Part shown: piece after piece, positions 26,710 through 36,856 of the stretch
Position numbering within the stretch: the stretch's first letter is position 1
Layout of the letters: each line of letters opens with the position of its first letter
Source: Flavobacteriales bacterium
Lineage (GTDB): Bacteria; Bacteroidota; Bacteroidia; Flavobacteriales_F; PHOS-HE28
Length of the DNA stretch: 36,856 nucleotides
Assembly: GCA_044347005.1 (NCBI GenBank)
Contig: JBIIYD010000003.1
Coordinates: 1-36,856, forward strand
Direction of reading: 5' to 3'
Translations under genes and position numbers: made by a program
Notes under the pieces: model-generated
What the model saw: the letters and a program-made list of their open reading frames with translations, nothing else
The model's database searches: none
What the model was told of the DNA's origin: nothing

Positions 26710-29700
26710 CGGATCACCGTCACATTACCTTTCGTGAAGTATTCCTGACCATCGAGGCATTTTGCGGTCAAGTGGTACACGAACACGGCCGGGCCGACCT
26801 CTTCGCCCTTGAAGGTCCCATCCCATCCGATGTTCAGGTCGTTGGTCTCGAAGACCTTTTCACCCCAACGATCGAAGACCAGGAACTCCAGTTCGGTAAT
26901 GTTCCTACCACGTACGAAGAGCCTGTCGTTCGCGCCATCGTTGTTCGGTGTGAAGCTGTTCGGTACGAAGATGTCCGGTTCTCCGCAGACAGCATCGTAG
27001 ACCGTAACGGTGACCGAATCGGACTTGGAACAGATCCCATCACTGACCGTTACCACGAACGTAGTGGTGCTTTCGACCGTGGCCGTAGGAGTGGCACTCG
27101 ACGGGTCGCTCACAAGTTCGGCCGGTGACCAATCATAGGATACACCGGAACCGGGCGTAGCGGTAAGCGTAACGACCGTGCCGGGTGAAACGATGTTCTG
27201 GTCCACCGATGCGCCGACCGACCCGCTCGCAATGGACGATACGGAGACAATGATGGTCCCGTTCCAACTGCAACCTTCAGGACTCGTTATACCCACCCCG
27301 TAACCGGTGGTCTCCAGCGGGGCCACAGAGGCGGTTGGGGTGCCTTGACCCTCCAGTATCTCCACATTCGGCTCCCACAAGATCGTCGAACCGGCATCGG
27401 CACCCAGTACTTGCAGCATGGCCGTGTCACCCGAGCAGACGAGGGAATCCCCGACAACTGCCACTTGTGCAAGGGAAACAGTCACTGTAACACTGTCGGT
27501 GGTCCGGCATGCCGGTACCGTTCCGCCACGGACATGGTACGTGCCGCTCAACGCAGGAGAAATGAAGGCTGTGCTATCCTGCTGCGACGCGTTCAGCACA
27601 TCGGTGAACGATGCAGAACTCGACCATGTGAAATTGTCAGTGGTGCCGAACGAATTCGCGACGAGCATGAAACCGTCCAATGGTCCGCACAGGAGCGTGT
27701 CGTTCATTGCGATGATCGAAGGTGCCGCGTCTTCCACTCGCACGGTTCGTGAAACAGCATCGGTCCCGTTGCAGGTCAACGGGTTATCCGCGACGAGCGT
27801 TACCGTATACACACCTGGCGATGCGTAGGTGTGAGTAGGGGATACGGCACTGCTTGAACCGCCATCACCAAAATCCCATTGGTGTCCGGTCGCGCCGCCG
27901 CTCAAATTCGTGAAGGGGATCGTGGATCCCGCACAGGCGGTATCCGGTGCGGAAAAATTGGCGATGACCAGTGGTGAGTCGAAGTCCAATTTGACGACTC
28001 CGTTGTTGCACCCACCGCTGTTGTTGGTGGCGCTCCAAGCTCCGGGAGTGGTCGGAAAATCGCTGTTGCCCTGGCAACCGGCGCAAACACTCTGATACAC
28101 CCTTCCGCGCCGATCGAACCGACTGGTGCCACCGTCCACGTGTTCAGGACTTGTTGGCCCGCCGTAGTAGGTGGCGTAATCCAATGCGGTCATGTCGATG
28201 TCGAACACCGCCAAATAAAGATCGTGCCCTGTGGTGGTTGTCTGGATGGCACTCGGTGTTACAGGTAGTCCGGCAGTGGTCAATTGGCCGCCCAAACCAC
28301 CGGCACTGCTGCCCCATCCACTGGTGTAGATCTTGTCGCACACGTCCACCAGGAAGGCGGTGGGAGAAATGTCGGGGGTGCCATCACCGGACCCTACGCG
28401 TGAGCTGATCTGAACGACATCGAGGTCGGCGCTCATCTTGGTGATGAACTGACCACCGGATGGCACGTTGTACGGTGCGTTGAAGATGAGTTGACCCGCA
28501 GGTGCCGATGTTTGGCCGAACAGGTACACCGAGCCGGGACCGTCCAGTTCAACGAAATAGGCTTGATCATAGGCACTGCTGCCCCAATAGGTCAGTCGGT
28601 CGATGGCATTGCCCGAAGCTTCGAAGCGGGCTACGAAGCAGTCGGCGGCACCGCCATTGAACGCAGGGTTCACTGCACCGCTGCTAATAGGCAGGTCCGC
28701 ACTTGAGCTTCCGCCACACACGTACAGCCTTCCGCTCGGGTCCAGTTCACCGGCATAGGTGGCGTCCGCATTCGAACCACCGATGTAACTGGCATATTGC
28801 AATTGCGAAAGGAAGGGATCGAAACGGGCCACGTAGCCATCGTGGCTCCCCCCACCGAAAGAGGGTTGGGCCGCAGCGGGAGTTACCGGCATATTGGTGC
28901 TTTGGGTGCAGCTTACCACCCATACGTTCCCAAGGGGATCCAGCAGCACTTCCCCGCGCACTTCATCGGCGTAGTTGAATTTGAGCGCTGGCGCCGAATT
29001 CAATCCATCATTGCCACTGCCGCCCAGCAGGGTAGAAGCCAGTAATTGCGAACCATCGGCACTTAGTTTGGCCAGGATCATGTCCGACCCATTCGGGTAG
29101 GAAAGCCCCAAGCCGGCAGGGGTGAAAGCGGTTCCACCGGCAAAGCTGTTGTCGAACGCGCTGGTGGAAGTCGGGAAGTTCGCGGATGCTGTGGTGCCAA
29201 GCACATGCAACTGATCGTTGCCGTCCACGATCAAGCTGTGTGGCATCTCGGCTGCATTCCCTCCCAGATAGGTGCTCCAAACCAGAAAAGTGCCGGTGGT
29301 GTCGTACTTGGTTATGGCAATGTCGGTGGTGCCACCTGCCCAGGTCGTGGAATAGGCACCCATCGTCGTGGGATATTCGTTGCCGAAGGCGGTACTTCCT
29401 GCATAGAGGAATCCCGCGTTGTCGAAGGTCGCCGTGTACCCGAAGTTGTTGCTTACCGAACCCGAGAACGTGGCGAAGCTCAGTGTAGGGTCGATGATCA
29501 AGGGCAACGCCGGGTCGTAAGGCCCGGGTTTTACGCCTACCACGCCATCGGTCAACACATAGGTGCAGGATACGGGGGTACGTTCTCCATTCACTTCCTG
29601 GTAAGCCAACGGAATACGTTCCACCAAACGGCCCAGCGAGGTGTTCACCAGCAAGGCCCCATCGCGCAGGAGCATCTTTTCCGCTCCTTCATAGGTGAAC

Positions 29701-30212
29701 CGTATGCCGGCCGGATCGGAACCGGGGCTAAGGACAAGGTCGTATTTCAAGCCGGTACGCCCTTCGCGAAAGACGGCATCGCAACCGGGAGCCACACTGT
29801 GTAATGTGACCTCCGCGTACGCGCGGCTGTTGTGTCCCCAATGCGAAGGGTCGTTGCCGAGGAAGTAATTGTAACGCCCAGGGAGCAGGAGACGTGAACT
29901 GGTCCGGGCTTCCAAAGTGGCGCTCAGGAAGCGTAACCGCAAGGCATGATGGCGGAGCGATCCGCCGATCTCCTTGGTGGGGTCGAACGCGATGTTGGCA
30001 TGGGCCTTTGCCACAAGCTCCGCATCATAGCGGTCGATCACCACGGCCCCGCGTTCCATCCACACGAATGCTCCGGGAAGTTCGGCCCGATGGGTCACTT
30101 CCTTGGGCCATTGGCCTTCATTGCTGATGAACCGCATACCATGTTGACACCAGGCCGTGGATGCGGCCAGGGTAAGTGCCAATAGGAAAGGGATCTTCGA
30201 CAGGCATATCAT
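26706..30212 (-). CDS. T9SS type B (gliding motility-associated) CTD protein with SBBP and PKD domains
   Basis: Signal peptide at 30212; LIIDP.L..ATF, WDFGDG..PTHTY; FVPNSFTPNNDGAND..FDRWG..GWDG..KGNVTVIR. Confidence 0.9.
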   Translation of the reverse strand: MICLSKIPFLLALTLAASTAWCQHGMRFISNEGQWPKEVTHRAELPGAFVWMERGAVVIDRYDAELVAKAHANIAFDPTKEIGGSLRHHALRLRFLSATLEARTSSRLLLPGRYNYFLGNDPSHWGHNSRAYAEVTLHSVAPGCDAVFREGRTGLKYDLVLSPGSDPAGIRFTYEGAEKMLLRDGALLVNTSLGRLVERIPLAYQEVNGERTPVSCTYVLTDGVVGVKPGPYDPALPLIIDPTLSFATFSGSVSNNFGYTATFDNAGFLYAGSTAFGNEYPTTMGAYSTTWAGGTTDIAITKYDTTGTFLVWSTYLGGNAAEMPHSLIVDGNDQLHVLGTTASANFPTSTSAFDNSFAGGTAFTPAGLGLSYPNGSDMILAKLSADGSQLLASTLLGGSGNDGLNSAPALKFNYADEVRGEVLLDPLGNVWVVSCTQSTNMPVTPAAAQPSFGGGSHDGYVARFDPFLSQLQYASYIGGSNADATYAGELDPSGRLYVCGGSSSADLPISSGAVNPAFNGGAADCFVARFEASGNAIDRLTYWGSSAYDQAYFVELDGPGSVYLFGQTSAPAGQLIFNAPYNVPSGGQFITKMSADLDVVQISSRVGSGDGTPDISPTAFLVDVCDKIYTSGWGSSAGGLGGQLTTAGLPVTPSAIQTTTTGHDLYLAVFDIDMTALDYATYYGGPTSPEHVDGGTSRFDRRGRVYQSVCAGCQGNSDFPTTPGAWSATNNSGGCNNGVVKLDFDSPLVIANFSAPDTACAGSTIPFTNLSGGATGHQWDFGDGGSSSAVSPTHTYASPGVYTVTLVADNPLTCNGTDAVSRTVRVEDAAPSIIAMNDTLLCGPLDGFMLVANSFGTTDNFTWSSSASFTDVLNASQQDSTAFISPALSGTYHVRGGTVPACRTTDSVTVTVSLAQVAVVGDSLVCSGDTAMLQVLGADAGSTILWEPNVEILEGQGTPTASVAPLETTGYGVGITSPEGCSWNGTIIVSVSSIASGSVGASVDQNIVSPGTVVTLTATPGSGVSYDWSPAELVSDPSSATPTATVESTTTFVVTVSDGICSKSDSVTVTVYDAVCGEPDIFVPNSFTPNNDGANDRLFVRGRNITELEFLVFDRWGEKVFETNDLNIGWDGTFKGEEVGPAVFVYHLTAKCLDGQEYFTKGNVTVIR

Positions 30213-30296
30213 CCTCCACGAAAGTAAGCACCGCTGATGGGTTCTTTGATCAAAGGGACCAGCAAGGTGCCGTTCGGATCGTGCAACTTGCGCTCC

Positions 30297-30989
30297 ATGG
30301 AACCGGACCAGGTACATCCGTGGCTGGCACCCTTGCTGGTCGACCTGCGCAAGCACGCCAAGCCTGACATGGCGAAAGGTCAGGAGGCTTATATGCGACA
30401 TCGCTTTCCCTTTTTGGGCATTGGAACGCCCGAACGAAGGCGCCTGACCAAAGCCCATATCGCCAAGTTCGGAATGCCGATGTTGGGCGAACTGTCGGAC
30501 GTTGTTCGCAGCTGTTGGCGCCAGCCACAGCGGGAAATGCACTACACCGGCATGGAGCTATTGACCCGCAACGTGGGGGCGATCGGCCTGCCCGAACTAC
30601 CCTTTATCGAGGAACTGATCCTGGAACATTCCTGGTGGGATACGGTGGACCATCTGGTGGTACATGGCGCAGGTGCCGTCCTGTTCCATCAGAGGCAGGC
30701 GCACTTGGCGGCCAACGCGCGCTGGCTGGCCAGCGGCCAATTGTGGTTGTTGCGAACGGCTTTGATCCATCAACTGAATTGGAAGGGCGAAACGGATACG
30801 GCCATGCTCTTTGCCAACTGCAAGGCCCTCGCGCACCATCAGGATTTCTTTGTTCGCAAGGGCATCGGTTGGGCCTTGCGCCAATACGCCCGTACTGACC
30901 CCGGAGCGGTGCGGGTGTTCGTGGACAGCACCGGCTTATCCCCACTGAGCAAACGGGAAGCGCTCAAACGCTCGCGGGATACAGGATAG
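30297..30989 (+). CDS. DNA alkylation repair protein (AlkD-like)
   Basis: AYMR..FLGI.TPERR, QREMHY, SWWDTVD, FFVRKGIGWALRQY, LSKREALK. Confidence 0.9.
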   Translation: MEPDQVHPWLAPLLVDLRKHAKPDMAKGQEAYMRHRFPFLGIGTPERRRLTKAHIAKFGMPMLGELSDVVRSCWRQPQREMHYTGMELLTRNVGAIGLPELPFIEELILEHSWWDTVDHLVVHGAGAVLFHQRQAHLAANARWLASGQLWLLRTALIHQLNWKGETDTAMLFANCKALAHHQDFFVRKGIGWALRQYARTDPGAVRVFVDSTGLSPLSKREALKRSRDTG

Positions 30990-30991
30990 CG

Positions 30992-31639
30992 CTATCGGCG
31001 CTTCACAGGGAAGAAGGTCTTGAACTCGACCCGGCGGTTCGCCCGGCGTCCTTCCGCGGTTTCGTTTGGGCCGACAGGATGGCGTTCGCCAAGGCCCAAG
31101 GCCGAAATTCGCGACGACGGTACACCGCGTTGAACGAGTTGGGCCTTCACTTCCGCAGCGCGCAGTTCGGACAACAGTTGGTTCTGCATATCAGCACCTA
31201 CGCTGTCCGTATGTGCTTCGATGCGCACATTGGCTTTAGGATATTGGAGCAGGACTTGGGCGAAGTGGTCCATCCACGGGGCGTACTCGGGTGACATCGT
31301 GTGGCTTTGGGCGCTGAACAACACCGTGGTAACCCGGACCTGGTCAAGTTCGGGAATGTCGATCCGCACCTCGAACAAGGTGCTACGGTCGCCTGGGTCC
31401 AACCCCGGTAGACTATGGTCGTCCAAGGGGAAGGGGGTGTATTTCCCGAGCATTTCCTTGAATCGCGCGGCTTCCGCATTGGGTGCGGCATCCGCCGATG
31501 CCTTGGGCATCTCGGCCAGGCGGTCGGCGCCGTCCTGGCTATGCACAGGTGCGGTCCATCCTGCCATTCCCAGCCATACAAGGCACACTGTCGTCCTGTA
31601 GCGCATCTGGTCCAAATGCTTACGGTAGTTCCAGGTCAC
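30992..31639 (-). CDS. OmpA family peptidoglycan-binding protein
   Basis: IEAHTDSVG..NQLLSELRA..GLGERHPV..NRRVEF. Confidence 0.85.
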   Translation of the reverse strand: MTWNYRKHLDQMRYRTTVCLVWLGMAGWTAPVHSQDGADRLAEMPKASADAAPNAEAARFKEMLGKYTPFPLDDHSLPGLDPGDRSTLFEVRIDIPELDQVRVTTVLFSAQSHTMSPEYAPWMDHFAQVLLQYPKANVRIEAHTDSVGADMQNQLLSELRAAEVKAQLVQRGVPSSRISALGLGERHPVGPNETAEGRRANRRVEFKTFFPVKRR

Positions 31640-31682
31640 GATCTTCCTACGCAGGGGATCGGAATAGGTTGCACCCGGCGGA

Positions 31683-32033
31683 TCAGCGCTTCAACTCGCG
31701 GGCGTGGTCTTCCATATCGACCGCCATCCTGAACTCCACTCGCCGATTCAGGCTCCGTCCCGCTTCGGTGCGGTTGTCCGCGACCGGAGCGTTCTTCCCA
31801 AGCCCGATGGAAACCATACGCTCCTGCTCGATGTCGCTTGCGACCAGTTGCTCCACAACGGAGTTCGCACGCTGTTGGGAAAGGTCGATGTTGTAATTGC
31901 GGCTACCGAGGTCATAAGTGCGGGCCCAGTCCCAATGCACGGGTTGGGCCTGGAGCAACGGTGCAGTGCCGGCGACGGCAATTGCCGAGGTCAGTAGGGC
32001 CGGTGCTATGGAATGCCTGAGAGTAGGGAGCAT
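31683..32033 (-). pseudogene. Signal peptide fused to a partial OmpA C-terminal domain (probable internal deletion)
   Basis: ..LQAQPVHWDWART joined directly to YDLGSRNYNIDLSQQRA..NRRVEF; first half of the OmpA domain missing. Confidence 0.55.
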
Positions 32034-32187
32034 TTGTCGATCTGTTTCAGCTATTGGTGGGGTGTCCGGGCCCACTTAGACGGTCGTTCTACGGGGTCGG
32101 GTCCAACCATGTTTCAAGTGCTCCGGTACCTTGCACCCTGAACGAGGCGTTACGGAATGCGAGTCGTTGCATTCCATATTCCGACCC

Positions 32188-32733
32188 ATGGCACCATCGC
32201 CGTCCACCGACGAGACCGAACAGGTACTGGCCGCCCGCAGAGACCCGCGCCGCTTTGGTCCGCTCTACGACCGCTACTTCGGCGATGTGTTCCGCTTCAT
32301 TTTGCGTCGTGCCGGAGACCGTGAACTCACGGCCGACCTTACCCAGCAGACCTTCTTGAAAGCGATGTTGGGTCTGGCCCGCTACGAACCGAGGGGTCTT
32401 CCTTTTCGCGCCTGGCTGTACAGGATCGCCCTGAACGAACTACGGATGCACTGGCGCAAACGCAAGGAAGTGGTCATCGACCTCGGTTACCGGGAGGTGA
32501 AGGGGATGTGCGAGGAAATGGGTGTCCCGGGCGATGATGATGACCTTCGCAGGTTGGCGGTAGCCATGGGCAAGCTACCCGAGGACAAGGCCCGCCTGAT
32601 CGAAATGCGCTACCTGGACGGAATGAGCTTCATTGAACTTGGCGCGGTCCTTGGCATTGCCGAGGAAGCTGCGAAAATGCGTACACACCGTGTGCTCGCC
32701 ACGTTGCGCCACTACCTTTTGCCCCGGACATGA
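32188..32733 (+). CDS. ECF sigma-70 factor
   Basis: FGPLYDRY, DLTQQTFLKA, WLYRIA.N, GMSF.ELG..AAKMRTHR. Confidence 0.92.
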   Translation: MAPSPSTDETEQVLAARRDPRRFGPLYDRYFGDVFRFILRRAGDRELTADLTQQTFLKAMLGLARYEPRGLPFRAWLYRIALNELRMHWRKRKEVVIDLGYREVKGMCEEMGVPGDDDDLRRLAVAMGKLPEDKARLIEMRYLDGMSFIELGAVLGIAEEAAKMRTHRVLATLRHYLLPRT

Positions 32734-32990
32734 GTCCTCGCTACCGCATAACACCCGAAGGACGGCCGCCGGAACCCAGCGACGCCGAGCTTGCGCGCTA
32801 TCGGAATTCCGAACGCCTGATCTTCAATTACCAGCGCGCCCTGCGATCGGTACACCGCAAGCCGCTCTACAAGGACCCTAAGGCCTTTTTGGCCATCCTG
32901 CTGATCGTCCTTCTGGCGCTGTTCATAACCGAAGTGGTCGATAAGGAAAAGTCGGTCCGCCCCGATCCCTTGGAGAACAACGCGCGTTGA
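32730..32990 (+). CDS. Small single-TM protein, probable anti-sigma
   Basis: ATGA-coupled to the sigma; hydrophobic AFLAILLIVLLALFI. Confidence 0.7.
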   Translation: MSPRYRITPEGRPPEPSDAELARYRNSERLIFNYQRALRSVHRKPLYKDPKAFLAILLIVLLALFITEVVDKEKSVRPDPLENNAR

Positions 32991-33063
32991 GCTCCTGTCA
33001 GCGGCTTCGGGGGTAGTAATTTCGCTCCTTTCCCGCTCCTGTTCAGCTCATTCATCTTCGCAC

Positions 33064-35256
33064 ATGTTCCGTCGCCTGCTCCTTTCCTCCGCCGTTCTCC
33101 TTGGATCCCTTGCGAATGCCCACGAGGGCATGTGGCTGCCTACGTTGCTCAAGAGCATCGAGGGCGATCTGCAAAGTGCCGGCCTCAAGCTTAGCGCCGA
33201 GGATATCTACTCCATCAACAGCAGCAGCCTCAAGGACGCCATCGTCCTGTTCGGGGGCGGCTGCACCGCCGAAGTGATCAGTGACCAAGGCTTGATCCTG
33301 ACCAATCATCATTGTGGCTTCAGTGCGATCAGCGACCACAGCACCGTGGAGAACGATCGGCTGAAGAACGGCTTCTGGGCCGCTACAAAGGCGGACGAGT
33401 TGAGGAATGCCGGTTTGAGCGCCACGTTCGTGGTTCGCATGGAGGATGTCACCGAGCGCATCCTGGCGAACCTCGGCGAGGGTCTTACCGAGGCCCAACG
33501 CCGGGAGGCAGTCGGTTCCTTGGCGGCTACCATTTCCGCGGAGGCCGTCGCTGGCACCCACTATAATGCCGTGGTCCGTCCGTTCAATTACGGCAATAGC
33601 TATTACCTGATCGTGACCGAGACCTTCCGCGATGTGCGCTTGGTGGGCGCACCTCCCAGCGCGATCGGCAAATTCGGCGGGGATACGGACAACTGGATGT
33701 GGCCGCGACACAATGCCGACATGAGCCTCTTCCGCATCTATGCCGGGGCGGACAACAAGCCCGCGGATCCGTCCGATGCGAACGTGCCCTTCGTACCACG
33801 ACATGTATTGCCCATTAGCTTGGAAGGTCCGGTGGAAGGGGAGTTCGCCATGATCTTCGGATTCCCGGGTTCCACACAGCGTTACCTGAGCTCCTATGCC
33901 GTGGAGTACACCATGGCCAAGGCCGATCCGATGCGCATCGAAATGCGGAGGGCAAGTCTTGCGGTGATCGATGCCGCTATGCGCTCGAGCGATCGCACCA
34001 GGCTCCAGTATGCGGACAAACAGGCGGGCATCAGCAACGCGTGGAAGAAATGGATCGGGGAATTGCGGGGTCTGAAGGAGTTGAACACCTTGGAACGCAA
34101 ACGCGCGTATGAACAAGCCTACCAGGCCAGGGCGGTCGAGACGGGCTCCACGGCCTATTCGGGGGTGCTGCCCACGATCAAGGACCTGTATGGGGCCTAT
34201 GTACCCTACGCCACGGCCAGGGACCTTTTCGTTGAAATGGTCTACTACGGACCCGAGATCCTGCGCTTCACCGATGGGTTCCGGGAGGTGGTCGAGGAGC
34301 ATGCCAGGCTAAGTGCCGAAGGGAAGTTGTCCCCTGCCGTGGCCGATCGACTGGCCGGTGCCGAGGGCTACTTCAAGAACTATGACGTGGAAGTGGACAA
34401 GCGCATCTTCAAGGCGCTGCTGCCCATCTACCGTTCCCACGTGCCGGCACATCTTGCACCGGACCTGTTCGCGGAGATCGATGGGAAGTTCAAGGGGAAT
34501 TCCGATGCCTGGGTGGATGCCCTTTACGCACGCAGCGTATTCGCGGACGAGGCCAGGCTGCGGAAGGCGTTCGCCAAGCCCGGTGCGAAGGCCATGAAGA
34601 AGCTTGCCGCCGATCCGGCCTACAAGGCTTCGCGCAGCTTTTTCCGGAGTTTCCTGGAGCAGGTGAGACCTAACCATGCTGCGCTGAGCGACCAACTCGA
34701 GACGGCGATGCGCACCTACGTCAAAGGGATGATGGAGTTGTATCCGGAAAAGACCTACTGGCCCGATGCGAACAGCACGCTCCGTCTTTCCTATGGCAAG
34801 GTCGAGGGCAGCGAGCCCAGGGACGGAGTCGTTTACCAACCGTTCACGACACTGGAGGGGGTGTTGGAGAAGTACGTTCCCGGTGATGCGGAATTCGACG
34901 TGCCTGCGCGGCTGATCGAGTTGTACAAGGCCAAGGACTATGGTCCTTATGGGGTGGATGGTACCATGCCGGTCTGCTTCACATCATCGCTGCATACCAC
35001 CGGTGGCAACAGTGGTAGTCCGGTGCTCAACGGAAGGGGCGAACTGATCGGATTGAACTTCGATCGCAGTTGGGAAAGCACGATGAGCGACATCCAATTC
35101 GATCCGGACAAGTGCCGGAACATCTGTGTGGATGTGCGGTACATGCTCTTCCTGATCGACAAGTATGCCGAAGCCCACCACCTTATAGCGGAGATGAAGT
35201 TGGTGCGGCCAATGGATCCCGGGATGCACACCATTTCGATACCCCTGCACCGATGA
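33064..35256 (+). CDS. S46 dipeptidyl peptidase (DPP11-like)
   Basis: EGMWLP, TNHHC, DNWMWPRH, TGGNSGSPV, NFDRSWE. Confidence 0.95.
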   Translation: MFRRLLLSSAVLLGSLANAHEGMWLPTLLKSIEGDLQSAGLKLSAEDIYSINSSSLKDAIVLFGGGCTAEVISDQGLILTNHHCGFSAISDHSTVENDRLKNGFWAATKADELRNAGLSATFVVRMEDVTERILANLGEGLTEAQRREAVGSLAATISAEAVAGTHYNAVVRPFNYGNSYYLIVTETFRDVRLVGAPPSAIGKFGGDTDNWMWPRHNADMSLFRIYAGADNKPADPSDANVPFVPRHVLPISLEGPVEGEFAMIFGFPGSTQRYLSSYAVEYTMAKADPMRIEMRRASLAVIDAAMRSSDRTRLQYADKQAGISNAWKKWIGELRGLKELNTLERKRAYEQAYQARAVETGSTAYSGVLPTIKDLYGAYVPYATARDLFVEMVYYGPEILRFTDGFREVVEEHARLSAEGKLSPAVADRLAGAEGYFKNYDVEVDKRIFKALLPIYRSHVPAHLAPDLFAEIDGKFKGNSDAWVDALYARSVFADEARLRKAFAKPGAKAMKKLAADPAYKASRSFFRSFLEQVRPNHAALSDQLETAMRTYVKGMMELYPEKTYWPDANSTLRLSYGKVEGSEPRDGVVYQPFTTLEGVLEKYVPGDAEFDVPARLIELYKAKDYGPYGVDGTMPVCFTSSLHTTGGNSGSPVLNGRGELIGLNFDRSWESTMSDIQFDPDKCRNICVDVRYMLFLIDKYAEAHHLIAEMKLVRPMDPGMHTISIPLHR

Positions 35257-35522
35257 GCACAGTCCTTTGGGTGGAGCGCGATGGTGCCCTCCAGCGGTCG
35301 TTCGGCTTCAGCGGTCCCGGTGCAGCGTCCGAATTCGTATCACGGATGAAAGCGCTCGCCGATACCATGGGGCATCATCCTACCTGGTCCGTCGCCGGTG
35401 GCACGGTGGCCGTGCGCACCACCACCCATGATGCGGGCGATACCGTAACGGCCAAGGACCACGCGCTCGCTCTTGCGATCGACGAGTTGTTCCGAACCTT
35501 CGGCCATAACCTACCGGCATGA
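35253..35522 (+). CDS. Pterin-4-alpha-carbinolamine dehydratase
   Basis: LQRSF.F..A.EF..A..GHHP..TTHDAG.TVT.KD..LA..ID; ATG overlaps the S46 stop. Confidence 0.88.
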   Translation: MSTVLWVERDGALQRSFGFSGPGAASEFVSRMKALADTMGHHPTWSVAGGTVAVRTTTHDAGDTVTAKDHALALAIDELFRTFGHNLPA

Positions 35523-35557
35523 AAAAGCCCCCTTCCAACAGGTGGAAGGGGGCTTTC
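35523..35557. terminator. Bidirectional intrinsic terminator
   Basis: aaagcccccttcca-acagg-tggaagggggcttt between convergent genes. Confidence 0.85.
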
Positions 35558-35573
35558 AATGATCCGTTGAAGC

Positions 35574-36101
35574 CTAGCTGGTCTTCTCTACGAAGGCCTT
35601 GATGCGCAACACCGTTTCGCGCGGTTCCGTGTTCGCCACAACGGTGACGGTCTTGGTCTGGGCGTTCTCTTGTTTGCCCGGCTTGTATTCCACTTCGATG
35701 TCACCGGTGCCGCCCGGAGGAATGGGTTGTTTGGGGTAGTTGGGCACGGTGCAACCGCAGGAACCCGTGGCCGACTCGATGATCAACGGCTCGCTGCCGG
35801 TGTTGGTGAAGGTGAACACGTATTTGTTCTCGCTGTCCTGCTTCACATTGCCGAAATCGTGCTCCGATTTCTTGAAGGCCACCATGGTCTTCGGCGTATT
35901 GTCGACGACCTCGCCGGTGTTGGCCATGGGGTCGAAGGCGGGAGTTGCCGACGCGGCTGCCGGATCGGCCACCACGTTGCTGGCCACCACATTGGCTGCA
36001 CCTTCCGTAGTGGTTTTTCCGCCAGTGAACTGGGCTACGGCGAGTGCAACAAGGGCCACCGCGATCACGGAAAGCAGTGCGATCTGGATCTTGTCTTTCA
36101 T
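35574..36101 (-). CDS. DUF1573 domain protein
   Basis: HDFG..FTFTNTG.EPLII..GSCGCT.P..PI.PG. Confidence 0.9.
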   Translation of the reverse strand: MKDKIQIALLSVIAVALVALAVAQFTGGKTTTEGAANVVASNVVADPAAASATPAFDPMANTGEVVDNTPKTMVAFKKSEHDFGNVKQDSENKYVFTFTNTGSEPLIIESATGSCGCTVPNYPKQPIPPGGTGDIEVEYKPGKQENAQTKTVTVVANTEPRETVLRIKAFVEKTS

Positions 36102-36234
36102 TGGGATGGAAATTTCAGCGTGAAGGGGTTTGTTGTGGGCGCGAAATTAACAGGTGAAGGGTACGGTCGCCGGCTTCCTTAACAAGGCATTAACAGCTCC
36201 TGCCCTACAGTTGTTCCGCGAAGCTGGCAGGTGT

Positions 36235-36856
36235 TCAGTACCGGGCCATGCCGATCCGCTGGAAGGTGTTGTCGGAGAGGGCCTCCAAGGCTTTCTGGAA
36301 GCTCCGGTCCACCGGGTTCTCGGCATTGATCATTTGCCAATAGGCCGAGGTGTTCCAAATATCCCTGGCGATCAGGGCCTTCAGGCGCAGCTCGATCAAG
36401 GCTTTGGAGCGTGCCAGACCTTCCGCGTCGGGTGCCACGCCTTCCTTTTCCGCAGCGGCCACCAGGCCGCTCATGAGCGCCTCGTCCACCGTGAAGCGGG
36501 TGCGGAAGGTCTCCGGGTCGGGGTACTTGGCCAACAGCTTCGAGCGGTTCTGGTCCACGTGGCCCAGGGCGAAGGTGTTTAGCACACCGCGCCGCACCAG
36601 TTGCCCGAAATACGACGAACTGAGGGTGGTGTCGATCGGCACGAAAACGTCCGGCATGATCCCCCCTCCGCCGTAAACCACCCGCTTGTTCATGGTGTAG
36701 TAGCGCACCGTATCGGCCGCATGCACACTGTCCGCACCGGTCAGCTCGCCGGTTTCCCAGCGTGCGGAACTTTCGCGTTGGTAGGCTTCGACCCCTTCCT
36801 CGTAGGATTTCTGGATGGAACGGCCGGAAGGAGTGTAGTAGCGGGAAACCGTGAGC
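36235..36856 (-). CDS. S41 C-terminal processing peptidase (3' part; 5' end beyond window)
   Basis: LTVSRYYTPSGRSIQK, VYGGGGIMPDVFV. Confidence 0.9.
   Translation of the reverse strand, partial: LTVSRYYTPSGRSIQKSYEEGVEAYQRESSARWETGELTGADSVHAADTVRYYTMNKRVVYGGGGIMPDVFVPIDTTLSSSYFGQLVRRGVLNTFALGHVDQNRSKLLAKYPDPETFRTRFTVDEALMSGLVAAAEKEGVAPDAEGLARSKALIELRLKALIARDIWNTSAYWQMINAENPVDRSFQKALEALSDNTFQRIGMARY

Noticed and set aside
30213-30542. N-terminal extension of the 1278-aa ORF
   Set aside because: Overlaps the AlkD-like gene; the signal peptide begins at 30212.

Overview
High-GC Bacteroidota (Flavobacteriales-like) chromosomal window, judged from T9SS genes and TAnnTTTG -7 promoters. Left ~15.6 kb: a damage-inducible mutagenesis locus. 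It has a DnaE2-type Pol III alpha (1-2503, minus strand, runs off the window and is missing from the ORF track), DinB and a divergent XRE/S24 LexA-like repressor. The locus is split by cargo genes: a T9SS beta-propeller protein, an ABC permease-M1 peptidase fusion plus ATPase, an ECF sigma plus GIN-domain partner, a duplicated ABC 5' fragment and two broken ORF6N genes. It carries many small palindromic elements: 7-bp-periodic hairpins at gene junctions and in frame inside dnaE2, a 20-bp CCTGCCTGCCGGCAGGCAGG palindrome precisely inserted into ORF6N, and a 'PSTGSG'-coding REP. A candidate operator TGAY-N9-GTCA lies upstream of both polymerases. Right ~21 kb is mostly housekeeping: nhaA, VOC protein, speA plus DHS-like gene, corA, pepE, a type-B T9SS cargo/PorP/PorE-like trio, AlkD-like glycosylase, OmpA proteins, ECF sigma, S46 peptidase, PCD, DUF1573 and a partial S41 protease. 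All calls come from reading the sequence; no searches were run.
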